From the NCBI GenBank assembly GCA_964479735.1, contig CAYZNT010000005.1, forward strand, positions 68,194-132,193: a DNA stretch of 64,000 nucleotides, given 5' to 3'. The DNA is from an uncultured Clostridia bacterium (lineage in GTDB: Bacteria; Acidobacteriota; Aminicenantia; UBA2199). Position numbers and translations under genes: made by a program. This document shows, piece by piece, positions 27,726 to 36,951 of the stretch. The number at the start of each line of letters is the position of its first letter. The first letter of the stretch is position 1. A model generated the notes under the pieces. The model was not told where the DNA came from. It ran no database searches and saw nothing but the letters and a program-made list of their open reading frames with translations.

Positions 27726-28226
27726 GCCGGCATGAATCATGCGGGAGATCGTGACGCTGAGCAACTTTGAAACTTGAGCGGGGCGCAACTTTTTGAATTG
27801 GGATACTCGGGATCGCTGCCGTAATCCTTGCGCTCTCGGCGGGAGACGATCTGCTCGAGAAGGCCCTGTCAATGAAGAAATGCCAGGGATTGACGCCCCG
27901 TCAGGACCGAAAAAGCAGAGTGGAATCGGGCGGGAAAAAGAAGCCGGCTCGCGTCTTGACGGTCCGTTGCCCAGAAGGATTTTGAGCATTTCCGCATTTG
28001 AACTTGGATGGGGGCTCGCTGCATGAAGAGAATGCCCAACACGGGTGAATTGGTGTAACACCGACAGGCATTTCTACCTCGGCCTTCATCCATTCTATGG
28101 CCAAAGCAGTGGCGTGACGGAGAAACACGGTAAACATGCAGAGAAGATTCGTAACCCGATTCACTTGCATTTCTGATAGGAATGAGCGACCCTTGTAGAA
28201 AGCGCTTGCACCATGCGGAGGAGACG

Positions 28227-29864
28227 ATGAGACCCAAGCCGACCGAGCGGGAGGAGTGGCTGGCGCTCCAGGGGCACTACCGGCGGACCCGGAGCGTCCA
28301 CCTGCGGGAGCTGTTCGCCGCCGACCCCGGGAGGGCGCAGAGATTCACCGCGGAGGCGGAGGGGGTCCTGCTGGACTACTCCAAAAACCGGGTCACGGCC
28401 CGCACCATGGAACTCCTGTTCTCCCTGGCCCGGGCCTGCGGGCTGGAGGGGGAGATCGGGCGCATGTTCGCGGGAGAGAAGATCAACGAGACCGAGGGGA
28501 GGGCCGTGCTCCACGTCGCCCTGCGCCACCTCGGGGAGGAGTCGTTCCGGGTGGAGGGAGAGGACGTGATGCCCGGGGTGAGGGCCGCACGGGCGCGCAT
28601 GGGGGAGATCGCGGAGGCGGTGCGCAGCGGGGAGTGGAAGGGGAGCGGGGGCAAGAGGATCCGCTCGGTGGTGAACATCGGGATCGGGGGTTCGGACCTG
28701 GGGCCGCTCATGGCCTGTGAGGCCCTGAAGTTCTATTCGCAGCGGGACATCCGGTTCTTTTTCGTGTCGAACGTGGACGGCTCGCACCTGGCCGAGACCC
28801 TGCGCCAGGTGGAGGCGGGGGAGACCCTATTCGTGGTGGCCTCCAAGACCTTCACCACCGAGGAGACGATGGCCAACGCCGGGCGGGCCCGGGAGTGGCT
28901 GCTGGAAAGGACTGGAGACCGGGGGGCGGTGGGGCGCCACTTCCTGGCGGTTACGGCCAACACCCGTGAGGCCGGGGAGTTCGGGATCCCCGCGGAACGC
29001 GTGCTCCCCCTGTGGGACTGGGTCGGGGGGCGCTACTCGCTCTGCTCGGCCATCGGGCTGCCGCTGATGATCGCCATCGGGGCAGAGCGCTTCCGGGAGA
29101 TGCTCTCCGGTTTCCAGGCCATGGACGAGCACTTCCGCCGCGCCCCGCTGGAAGCCAACCTGCCGGTGATCCTGGCCCTGTTGGGGGTCTGGTACATAAA
29201 CTACTTCGGCTTCACCGCCCACGCCATCCTGCCCTACGACCAGTACCTGCACCGCTTCCCGGCCTATTTCCAGCAGGCGGACATGGAGTCGAACGGGAAG
29301 TCGGTGGACCGCGAGGGGCGCGAGACGGGGTACGCCACCGGGCCGCTCATCTGGGGGGAGCCGGGAACCAACGGCCAGCACGCCTTCTATCAGCTGCTGC
29401 ACCAGGGGACGGAGATCGTTCCCTGCGATTTCATCGGGTTCTCCCGGACGCTGTGGGAGGGGTGGGAGGAGCACCACCGCAAGCTGCTGGCCAACCTGCT
29501 GGCCCAGAGCGCCGCCCTGGCCTTCGGTCGCGCCGGGAGGGAGGTGGAGGACGCGGGAGTTCCGGAGCGACAGGCGCCCTTCCGCACCTTCACCGGGAAC
29601 CGCCCCTCGAACACCATCCTGGCCCGCCGCCTCACCCCGGAGACCCTGGGCAAGCTGATCGCCCTCTACGAGCACAAGATCTTCACCCAGGGAGTGGTGT
29701 GGAACATCTTCTCCTTCGACCAGTGGGGGGTGGAGCTGGGCAAGCAGGTGGCGGGGCAAGTGGGGGCAGCGCTGGCCGGCAGCGGCCGTGCCCGGGAAGC
29801 GTTCGACTCGTCGACCGCCGGGCTGCTGCGCGCGCTGCACGCGTGGCGGGAGGAAGGGGGCTGA
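28227..29864 (+). CDS. pgi: glucose-6-phosphate isomerase
   Basis: GIGGSDLGP, VSNVDG, GGRYSL and EPGTNGQHAF are PGI signatures. Confidence 0.92.
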   Translation: MRPKPTEREEWLALQGHYRRTRSVHLRELFAADPGRAQRFTAEAEGVLLDYSKNRVTARTMELLFSLARACGLEGEIGRMFAGEKINETEGRAVLHVALRHLGEESFRVEGEDVMPGVRAARARMGEIAEAVRSGEWKGSGGKRIRSVVNIGIGGSDLGPLMACEALKFYSQRDIRFFFVSNVDGSHLAETLRQVEAGETLFVVASKTFTTEETMANAGRAREWLLERTGDRGAVGRHFLAVTANTREAGEFGIPAERVLPLWDWVGGRYSLCSAIGLPLMIAIGAERFREMLSGFQAMDEHFRRAPLEANLPVILALLGVWYINYFGFTAHAILPYDQYLHRFPAYFQQADMESNGKSVDREGRETGYATGPLIWGEPGTNGQHAFYQLLHQGTEIVPCDFIGFSRTLWEGWEEHHRKLLANLLAQSAALAFGRAGREVEDAGVPERQAPFRTFTGNRPSNTILARRLTPETLGKLIALYEHKIFTQGVVWNIFSFDQWGVELGKQVAGQVGAALAGSGRAREAFDSSTAGLLRALHAWREEGG

Positions 29865-29922
29865 GCCGCTCCAGGCGGCGACGCGCAGCGGGGGAGGAGC
29901 CGCTGGACGGAAACCAGGAGGG

Positions 29923-31983
29923 ATGGGGGAAAGGGAAGAGCGGCCGGAGGCTGGATCCGCCTCCGGACTGATCCGGATGCTGGGAGCCGCGCTCCTGTTC
30001 CTGGCGCTCGTCCAGGTCGAAACCATCGCCCTGAGCCTGTGTCGGGTCTCCATCTCGCAGCCGGTCGCGGTCGGGATTCTCCTGCTGGCCGGGGCCGGGG
30101 CGATTGTCTTCGGGCGCCTCGGGCGGAGGCGCTGGCCGGGAGTGGAGGCGGACGGGGCGCCGGCGAGGCCGCTCCCGGCCTGGCGCCGGCTCCTGCCGGT
30201 GTTGATCGCCCTGCTGATGCTGGTGCTCGTGAATTCGTGGCTGCATCCCTACCTGGGAGCCGATTGCGCCATCTTCCACCTGCCGGCGATCCACTTTTGG
30301 GGAGAAGCCGGGCGGGTCCACTGGATCCGGATGGAACCCCAGCAGATCTATTACGCCGACATGTTCATCAATGCCTATCCCAAGGCGGCGGAGCTGGTCG
30401 CCTTCGTCGGGGTCCGCGCCACCGGGATGGCGAACCTGGTCCACACGCTGAACGCCTGGTTCCTGCCGCTCGGGATCCTCGGCTCCGCCTGCATCGCCCG
30501 GCGCCTGGGGGCATCGTTGCACGGCGCGCTGGCGGCCGGCCTGCTGTTCGCCCTGATGCCGGTCAGCGTTCAGCAACTGAACGGCACCTACGTGGACGCG
30601 GCCTTCGCCTCGGCGATCGTGGCGCTGCTGGCGGTGGTGCTGCACGTCATCTCGACGGCAGGCGATCATGGGCTGCCGTGGACGGCGGCGCTGGCGCTCG
30701 GCGCGTCGGGGGGGCTGGTGGCGGGAATCAAGACGTCCGGGCTCCTCTACGTGACGGTCGGGTTCGTCGCCCTGCTGCCGGCGCTCACCCGGGCCGCATG
30801 GCGCCGTCCCCGGGGGATGAGGGCCCGGTTCGCCGTGCGCCTGGTCTCCGCCCTGCTCCTGGCCCTGCTGGCGCTGCTGCTGACGGGCGGATACTGGTAT
30901 GCCCGCAACGCCCTCCATACCGGAAACCCGGTTTTCCCGATGGCCGTGAAGCTCGGCGGGCTTTTCGACTGGCCCGGCCTGCCCCGGGAGCACGTCATGA
31001 ACGAAGCCGCCAACATCCCGCCCGACACCGCCGGCCTGCCGGACTGGGGGCGGGTGCTCGTCGCCTGGGCCCACGGCGGCCCCTCGCACTGGCCCTTCTC
31101 CGTATGCAGCGTCTCCGGGCGGCTGGGAGGTCTCGGCCTGATCTGGCTCCTGGGCGGGCTCCCGGCCGCCGTCTGGCTGCTGCTCTCCAGGCGTTCGGCC
31201 CGGCTCTTCGCCCTGGCGGCGGTGGTGGCCGCGCTTTTTCTGCTGACCCCCATGCACTGGTGGGCCCGCTACACCTTGTGGCTGCAGGGGTTCGGCCTGG
31301 CCTGTCTCGTGGTGGCGATGGAACGGGAATGGCCGGGCCGGGCCCGGCGCCCGGTGGCAGCCTGGCTGGGGGTGCTGCTCTTCCTGACCCTGGCGGAGCT
31401 GGCCAGCGGCATCGGCTGGGTGGCCTGCAGCGAGCCGGTGGACTGGTACGGCGGCCTGGCCCCCTTCCCGCCTCGGCCGCGGATCGCACTCGACCGCCTC
31501 ACCTGGAACCGCCCCTTCCGGGGGATTGACGAGGAGAGCCGGGGAACAGCCTATCGCCGGCTGATGACCGACCGGCAGGCGGTGGCGCTGGGCCCCCTCT
31601 CCAGTCTGAACTCCGCTTCCATCCACATGATCGGCATGTTCGGAGCGGTGTGCGACCCCGGGGGAAGGAGGCGCGTCCACTTCGTCAAGCCAAACGTTTT
31701 CGCTTCCCCGGACGCCTTCGGCCGTTTGCTGCGCGAGCGGCGCATCGGATACCTGGTCCTGGATGCCGATGTCCGGATCCCCTCCTGGACTTCCGAATTC
31801 GTGGCCTACGAAGAGACTGCCGGCCGATTCCGTTATCTCGTCGTGGCCCCGGGGGTGATGGGGCCGGAGCCCCCAGATCCCGGGCGGCGGCCGGGTCGAA
31901 GCGCAGCCGGTGAACGGGTGCCCGGTGAGGCGGCACCCGCCCGGGCCGGCGCTTGTTGCACGCGCCCGGGGGGGCTGGTATAA
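29923..31983 (+). CDS. polytopic membrane glycosyltransferase, GT-C fold (ArnT/PMT/arabinosyltransferase-like)
   Basis: About 12 TM helices with loop motifs of GT-C enzymes (FHLPAIHFWGEAG, YYADMF). Start 29923 is preceded by AGGAGG; 29977 is an alternative. The low-complexity C-terminal tail runs through the promoter of the next gene. Confidence 0.6.
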   Translation: MGEREERPEAGSASGLIRMLGAALLFLALVQVETIALSLCRVSISQPVAVGILLLAGAGAIVFGRLGRRRWPGVEADGAPARPLPAWRRLLPVLIALLMLVLVNSWLHPYLGADCAIFHLPAIHFWGEAGRVHWIRMEPQQIYYADMFINAYPKAAELVAFVGVRATGMANLVHTLNAWFLPLGILGSACIARRLGASLHGALAAGLLFALMPVSVQQLNGTYVDAAFASAIVALLAVVLHVISTAGDHGLPWTAALALGASGGLVAGIKTSGLLYVTVGFVALLPALTRAAWRRPRGMRARFAVRLVSALLLALLALLLTGGYWYARNALHTGNPVFPMAVKLGGLFDWPGLPREHVMNEAANIPPDTAGLPDWGRVLVAWAHGGPSHWPFSVCSVSGRLGGLGLIWLLGGLPAAVWLLLSRRSARLFALAAVVAALFLLTPMHWWARYTLWLQGFGLACLVVAMEREWPGRARRPVAAWLGVLLFLTLAELASGIGWVACSEPVDWYGGLAPFPPRPRIALDRLTWNRPFRGIDEESRGTAYRRLMTDRQAVALGPLSSLNSASIHMIGMFGAVCDPGGRRRVHFVKPNVFASPDAFGRLLRERRIGYLVLDADVRIPSWTSEFVAYEETAGRFRYLVVAPGVMGPEPPDPGRRPGRSAAGERVPGEAAPARAGACCTRPGGLV

Positions 31984-31984
31984 T
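31976..31984 (+). promoter_or_regulatory. extended -10 element TGGTATAAT (leaderless start for the UbiA-family gene)
   Basis: TGGTATAAT at 31976-31984; the ATG at 31992 is 7 nt downstream, with no Shine-Dalgarno sequence. Confidence 0.45.
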
Positions 31985-31991
31985 CGACTCC

Positions 31992-32882
31992 ATGCGCGCC
32001 ATGGGTGCATTCGTCGCTTCGTTGCGGCCGCGGCAGTGGGTGAAGAACGTCTTCATCTTCGCTCCCGCCGTATTCGCCCTGCACCTCCTCGACCCGCGGA
32101 TCATGTCCCGGGCCTTCCTGGCGTTCGCCCTGTTCAGCCTGGTCACCGGAGCCATCTACGTGTTCAACGACGTCGTCGACCGGGCCGCAGACCGGCTGCA
32201 CCCCGAGAAGCGCCGCCGGCCGATCGCCGCCGGCCGCATCGCCGCTGCGCCGGCCCTGGCCGGCGCCGTCGCCCTGCTGGCGGCCGCCCTCCTCGGTGCC
32301 TGGCTCCTGCAACCAGCCTTTTTCCTCGACTGCCTCGTCTATGCTGTCCTGAACGTGCTCTACTCGCTGCTGCTCAAGCGGGTGGTGGTGGTCGACATCC
32401 TGGTCATCGCGGCCGGGTTCGTGCTGCGGGTGATCGCCGGCGGTGCGGTCGACGCCATCCCCGTCTCGCCCTGGATCCTCATCGCCACCTTCCTGCTCTC
32501 GATCTTCCTGGCCCTGGTCAAGCGCCGCCAGGAGCTGCGCGTGCTGCTGACCAGCGGCAGCGACGGGGCGCCCACGCGCCGGACGCTGCAGGAATACAGC
32601 CTGGCCTTCCTCGACCAGATGATCGGCGTCACCACCGCCGCCACCCTGATCGCCTACGTGATGTACGTGCTGTCGCCCGAGGTGCAGGCGAAGTTCGGCT
32701 CGCACAGCCTCTTCTACACCATCCCCTTCGTCGTCTTCGGGCTGTTCCGCTACCTCTACCTGACCTACATCCGCAACCAGGGAGAGAACGCCGCCGAGGT
32801 GATCTACACCGACCCGCCGTTCACCCTCAACCTGGTGCTGTGGGTGATCGTCTTCATCCTGCTCGTGTTCCGCCGTTCGTGA
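31992..32882 (+). CDS. UbiA-family prenyl-phosphate phosphoribosyltransferase (decaprenyl-phosphate 5-phosphoribosyltransferase-like)
   Basis: RPRQWVKNVFIFAP N-terminus and NDVVDRAAD Asp-rich motif, with eight to nine TM helices. Start moved from the track's 31953 to 31992 because of the promoter geometry. Confidence 0.75.
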   Translation: MRAMGAFVASLRPRQWVKNVFIFAPAVFALHLLDPRIMSRAFLAFALFSLVTGAIYVFNDVVDRAADRLHPEKRRRPIAAGRIAAAPALAGAVALLAAALLGAWLLQPAFFLDCLVYAVLNVLYSLLLKRVVVVDILVIAAGFVLRVIAGGAVDAIPVSPWILIATFLLSIFLALVKRRQELRVLLTSGSDGAPTRRTLQEYSLAFLDQMIGVTTAATLIAYVMYVLSPEVQAKFGSHSLFYTIPFVVFGLFRYLYLTYIRNQGENAAEVIYTDPPFTLNLVLWVIVFILLVFRRS

Positions 32883-33526
32883 GTTCCTCCGAGCTCGACC
32901 TGTTGCGGCGCCTTCGACGCTCCGTCCTCGGCGAAGCCGACCTGGTCGAGTTGCTGCACGCCCACCGCGACCGCTACCGGGTCCAGCTGGAACTGGTGCA
33001 GCAGCCGCGGTTTCCGCCCGCCCAGGCGCTGAACATCATGTCGCGGCTCTACGCCGTCGACCTGCTTCGGGTGATCCGCAACACGCGCGCCAACCCCTTC
33101 ATCCGGCAGCGCGCCCAACTCGAGTTCGGCATCCGGTTCAGGCGGCTGCCGCTGGGAGAGAAACTCTCCCTCATCCGCATGGCCCCGCCCGCCGTTCTCC
33201 TGGACTTCGGCGACGAGCAGGACCCTCTCCTGCTGCAGGCCATCTTCGCCTCGCCGATGTGCACGGAGGACGTCGTGCTGCGATTCGTCAACCGGACTCA
33301 GGACCGCGCCGCGGTCTACCGGGGGCTGCAGGGGACGGACTGGCACATGAACGCCATTGTGGCCGGGGCGATCGCCCACGATCCCGAAGCCCCGATCCGG
33401 ACGCTGCTGCAGATCATCCCCTTCGCCGGACTGACCTGGCTGCAGAAGCTGGTGGGGGACGGGACCTGCCATCCGGCGGTGCGCGACGCCGTCCGCCGCC
33501 ACCTGAACGAGCGCGGAAGGGAGTGA
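32879..33526 (+). CDS. hypothetical protein (helical repeat character)
   Basis: In-frame GTG overlapping the UbiA stop; no family recognised. Confidence 0.4.
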   Translation: MSSSELDLLRRLRRSVLGEADLVELLHAHRDRYRVQLELVQQPRFPPAQALNIMSRLYAVDLLRVIRNTRANPFIRQRAQLEFGIRFRRLPLGEKLSLIRMAPPAVLLDFGDEQDPLLLQAIFASPMCTEDVVLRFVNRTQDRAAVYRGLQGTDWHMNAIVAGAIAHDPEAPIRTLLQIIPFAGLTWLQKLVGDGTCHPAVRDAVRRHLNERGRE

Positions 33527-33534
33527 AGCGGGGA

Positions 33535-34581
33535 TCAGTCTCCCAGGGCGTCCGCCAGCGCCGCCGCGGCCCGGTCGACATCCGGGTCGTCGATGTCGTG
33601 GTGGGTGACCATGCGCACCCGGCCGGCGCCGAAGGGAAGGGCCAGGACGCGGTTCTTTTCCAGGCGCCGCACCAGTTCGACGGCGGTGATCTCCGGCCGC
33701 GTCACCCGGAAGATGACAATGTTGCTCTGCACAGCCCCCGGGTCGATGTCCAGGCCGGGCAGGGCGGCGGCGCGCTCGGCCAGGCGGCGGGCGCGCCGGT
33801 GGTCTTCCGCCAGCCGGCCGCTCATCTCGGTCAGGGCCAGGATTCCGGCCGCGGCCAGCACACCCACCTGGCGCATGCCGCCGCCCAGGGCCTTGCGCAG
33901 GTGGCGGGCTTCGCGGATGAAATCGCGACTGCCGGCGAGAATGGAGCCGACCGGTGCGCACAGTCCCTTGGATAGGCAGAACATGAGCGAATCGAACGGC
34001 TGCGCCAGGTCCGCAACGGGCAGGTGGAGGGCGGTGGCGGCGTGGAACAGCCGGGCGCCGTCGAGGTGCAGGAACAGGTTCCGTCCCCGGGCGAAACGGG
34101 CCACGGCTGCCACGTAATCCGGCGGCAGGATGGAGCCGCCGTGGTAGTTGTGGGTGTTCTCCAGGCAGATGCCGGCGCTGCGCACCTCGTGCTCGTCGTC
34201 CGCCCCCTTGTAGACGGCCCCGAGGTCCAGCAAGTCGATGCGGCCGGCGGCGGAAGGCAGCGGCCGCGGCACGGCGCCGGCCAGGGAGGAGATGTTGCCG
34301 TTCTCGTAGTTGTAGATGTGCGACTTCTCCTCCAGCATGACTTCGCGGCCGCGGCAGCCGTGCACCATCAGGGCGATGGTGTTGCCCATGGTGCCGGAGG
34401 GGACGAACAGCGCCGCCTCCTTGCCGACGGCGGCGGCGGCCAGCTCCTGGAGGCGGATGACGGTGGGATCGTCGCCCAGCACGTCATCGCCGACCTCGGC
34501 CTCGGCCATGGCCTTTCTCATGGCCGGCGTGGGCCGGGTGACCGTGTCACTCCGAAAATCGGACCATCCCTGGTAGGACAA
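33535..34581 (-). CDS. ltaE: low-specificity L-threonine aldolase
   Basis: PLP-dependent fold-type I: FRSDTVTRPT, SGTMGN and the SKGLCAPVGS Lys site. Confidence 0.9.
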   Translation of the reverse strand: MSYQGWSDFRSDTVTRPTPAMRKAMAEAEVGDDVLGDDPTVIRLQELAAAAVGKEAALFVPSGTMGNTIALMVHGCRGREVMLEEKSHIYNYENGNISSLAGAVPRPLPSAAGRIDLLDLGAVYKGADDEHEVRSAGICLENTHNYHGGSILPPDYVAAVARFARGRNLFLHLDGARLFHAATALHLPVADLAQPFDSLMFCLSKGLCAPVGSILAGSRDFIREARHLRKALGGGMRQVGVLAAAGILALTEMSGRLAEDHRRARRLAERAAALPGLDIDPGAVQSNIVIFRVTRPEITAVELVRRLEKNRVLALPFGAGRVRMVTHHDIDDPDVDRAAAALADALGD

Positions 34582-34672
34582 GGAGCACCTCCGGTTTCGG
34601 GGTCATCGTAGCATAGCTTCCGGGGCCGGACAAGGAGCGCCGCTTGCCGTTGCGTTGCCGCGGCGCATGCGC

Positions 34673-34678
34673 TACAAT
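34673..34678 (+). promoter_or_regulatory. -10 element TACAAT (TG-extended) for the leaderless M23 peptidase
   Basis: TGCGCTACAAT; the ATG at 34688 is 9 nt downstream. Confidence 0.35.
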
Positions 34679-34687
34679 GACCGGCTC

Positions 34688-36655
34688 ATGCGCGATCGCC
34701 TCCTCCTGATCCTCGCCCTGCTCGGCCTGCCGCTGGCCGCTGCCGAGCCGCCCTATGCCTGGCCGCTGCCTTTCGACAACGGCGTTTCGTCGACGTTCAT
34801 GGAGTTTCGCTCCAACCATTTCCACGTCGGCATCGACCTGCGCACCTACCGCCAGACGGGATTTCCGGTGTTGGCGCTGGGCGACGGGGTGGTGGAGCGC
34901 ATCAAGGTAGCGGTCAACGACACCGGCCGCAGCCTTTTCCTGCGCCTGTCCGACGGCCGGCTGGCGGTCTACTACCACCTGCAGTCCTTCGCGCCGGAGC
35001 TGGAAGAGATCGTCCGGGCGGTGCAGCGTGAAACCGGCAAGCGCTATTTCCGCGAATACCCGTTGCCGCGCCCCTGGCCGGTCCGCCGGGGCCAGGTCAT
35101 CGCCGCCAGCGGCGACACGGGAGCCGGCATGGCCCACCTGCACCTCGAGGTCCGCGACGCCGATGGCCGTTACCTCAACCCGCTGGCCCTCCTTCCCGAC
35201 CGCTCGCCGGACACGAAGCCGCCGGAAATGGGCGGCGTGCTCCTGCGCAGCCGCGCCGGGTCGCTGGTCAACGGGGAGATCGGCGAGGCGTACGTCCGCC
35301 TGCGCCCGCAGGAAGGCGGCTACGTCCCGGTCGAGCCGCTGACCATCGACGGCCCGGTCGACTGGGCCCTGAACGGCTGGGACGTCTCGAGCGGAGGGCG
35401 CCCGGTTGCCCCCTACCAGATCGAGGCCCGGTTCGACGGCCAGGCCGTCTATTCGCTGCGTGGCGACAGCCTGGCCTGGGAGGAGCACAATCAGCTGGGG
35501 CTGACCTTCGACATGTCCCGCTCCGGAATGGGCCGCTACTTCTACAACCTGATGCCCCAGCCGGGCCACACCCTCAACCTGGCCGGAAGCGCGGCCGGTT
35601 TGGCGCCCCTCCGCCTGGACCCGGGCGAACACCGCCTGCGAGTCGTGCTGCGCGACAGGGCGGGGCAGGAGACCACCGCCGATGCCCCTTTCACGGTCAT
35701 TTCCTCCTCCGCGGTCGAACCGGGCGGTGTCCAGGAGCGCGACGTCGACGGCCGGCACCTCGCCGTCCGCAGCTTCGTAAACGGACAGGATCTCATGCTG
35801 TGCCTGGACGAGTGGACGGCGCCGGCCTCCCAGGTGGCCTTGCGGGTGATGCAGGGATCCGCCCTCCAGACCCTGGCCGCACGGCCGAAGAAGCGGGGAG
35901 TCTTCTTCCTGGTCCGGCCGGCCAACGCCGAGCCGCTCCTGCAGCTCCGCTTCCAGCTGTTCCGTCAGGGTACGCGCGTGGAGGAGGTCCAGCGCAGCCA
36001 GATGGTGGCCGTTCTGCAACCGGGGTCGCGCCTCGACTTGCAGCTCGACGGCTGCCGCCTGTCGTTCGCCGAGAATGCCGTCAACGAGCCGCGGCTGCTC
36101 CTGCTGGACCGGCCCGCCAACCTGCCGGTCCCCGAACTGCCCATGCTCTCGGGCGCCGTCAGCCTGGCCCCGGGCCATTTTGCCTTCATGGACGCCGTCA
36201 CCGTGTCGTTCCCGCAGCCGGCTGCGCCTCAGCCCAAACAGGTGGGCGTGTTCAAGTACAATCCGTGGAATCGACGCTGGAGTTGGGTGCGGACAAGCCA
36301 GATGGCCGGCGACGGAGGGTTTTTCGGCGCCCGCATCCTGCTTCCCGGGACGTACGCCCTGTTCCGGGATCCCTTTCCGCCGACCATCTCCCTGAGGCGC
36401 CGCGGTGGGCGGACCCTGCACCGCCTGAAACAGCTCATCGTCCGGATCCGCGACGTGGGCATGGGGGTGGACGGGGAGAGCGTCCGGGTGGCCATCAACG
36501 GGCAGGCCGCGGATTGCGACTACGACGCCGACTGGCAGGGGGTGCGCATCCACCGCCTGGAGGCCTTGCACCGGGGGGACAACCGGATCTTCGTCGTGGC
36601 CGCTGACTATGCCGGCAACCAGGCGGAAGCGACCCTCCACCTGCGGTTGCGCTGA
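34688..36655 (+). CDS. M23-family metallopeptidase (LytM-like) with ~470-aa C-terminal extension, secreted
   Basis: Signal peptide MRDRLLLILALLGLPLAAA; HFHVGIDL and DTGAGMAHLHLEV are the HxxxD and HxH zinc motifs. Confidence 0.8.
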   Translation: MRDRLLLILALLGLPLAAAEPPYAWPLPFDNGVSSTFMEFRSNHFHVGIDLRTYRQTGFPVLALGDGVVERIKVAVNDTGRSLFLRLSDGRLAVYYHLQSFAPELEEIVRAVQRETGKRYFREYPLPRPWPVRRGQVIAASGDTGAGMAHLHLEVRDADGRYLNPLALLPDRSPDTKPPEMGGVLLRSRAGSLVNGEIGEAYVRLRPQEGGYVPVEPLTIDGPVDWALNGWDVSSGGRPVAPYQIEARFDGQAVYSLRGDSLAWEEHNQLGLTFDMSRSGMGRYFYNLMPQPGHTLNLAGSAAGLAPLRLDPGEHRLRVVLRDRAGQETTADAPFTVISSSAVEPGGVQERDVDGRHLAVRSFVNGQDLMLCLDEWTAPASQVALRVMQGSALQTLAARPKKRGVFFLVRPANAEPLLQLRFQLFRQGTRVEEVQRSQMVAVLQPGSRLDLQLDGCRLSFAENAVNEPRLLLLDRPANLPVPELPMLSGAVSLAPGHFAFMDAVTVSFPQPAAPQPKQVGVFKYNPWNRRWSWVRTSQMAGDGGFFGARILLPGTYALFRDPFPPTISLRRRGGRTLHRLKQLIVRIRDVGMGVDGESVRVAINGQAADCDYDADWQGVRIHRLEALHRGDNRIFVVAADYAGNQAEATLHLRLR

Positions 36656-36902
36656 GTTGACCCGGGAAAGGCCGCGTTCCCGTGCCGCGCCTTGAAACCA
36701 GCATCAATAAAGGATCGCCAAGGTTTTTGTAAATTTTTGTGGAAATCTGGCCCTTCGTCATCACGGAATGTTATGGGACGCGCCTCCCCACGGTTTGCAT
36801 ATTCTGGTTATCGTAAGAATGGCTATGACAAAGCAAAAATCCCGAAATCAACGTCTTGGTGCCTTCTGCATCGTTCACCCCCCGATAGGCCCGGAAAGAC
36901 CG

Positions 36903-36931
36903 TTGACAGCTTAGGGGATTCATGCGAAAAT
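36903..36931 (+). promoter_or_regulatory. candidate sigma70 promoter of the Trm112-like/LPS-core operon
   Basis: TTGACA (36903-36908), 17-nt spacer, GAAAAT (36926-36931), about 20 nt before ATG 36952. It sits at the end of a 300-bp AT-rich stretch. Confidence 0.4.
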
Positions 36932-36951
36932 TGGCCGACAACGAGGTACCG

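Noticed and set aside
28180-28226. Possible sigma-54 (-24/-12) promoter near GCGCTTGCACC before pgi
   Set aside because: Only the TTGCA half is present. No GG at -24 with correct spacing.
31953-31991. Track start codon (MLHAPGG...) for the UbiA-family gene. Similarly 34655 for the M23 peptidase and 13811 for the MgtC gene.
   Set aside because: For the first two, upstream extensions would place the TGGTATAAT or TACAAT promoter boxes inside the coding sequence and add non-conserved N-terminal residues. For the third, most of the long ORF is antisense to the S9 peptidase. Starts were moved to 31992, 34688 and 15467.
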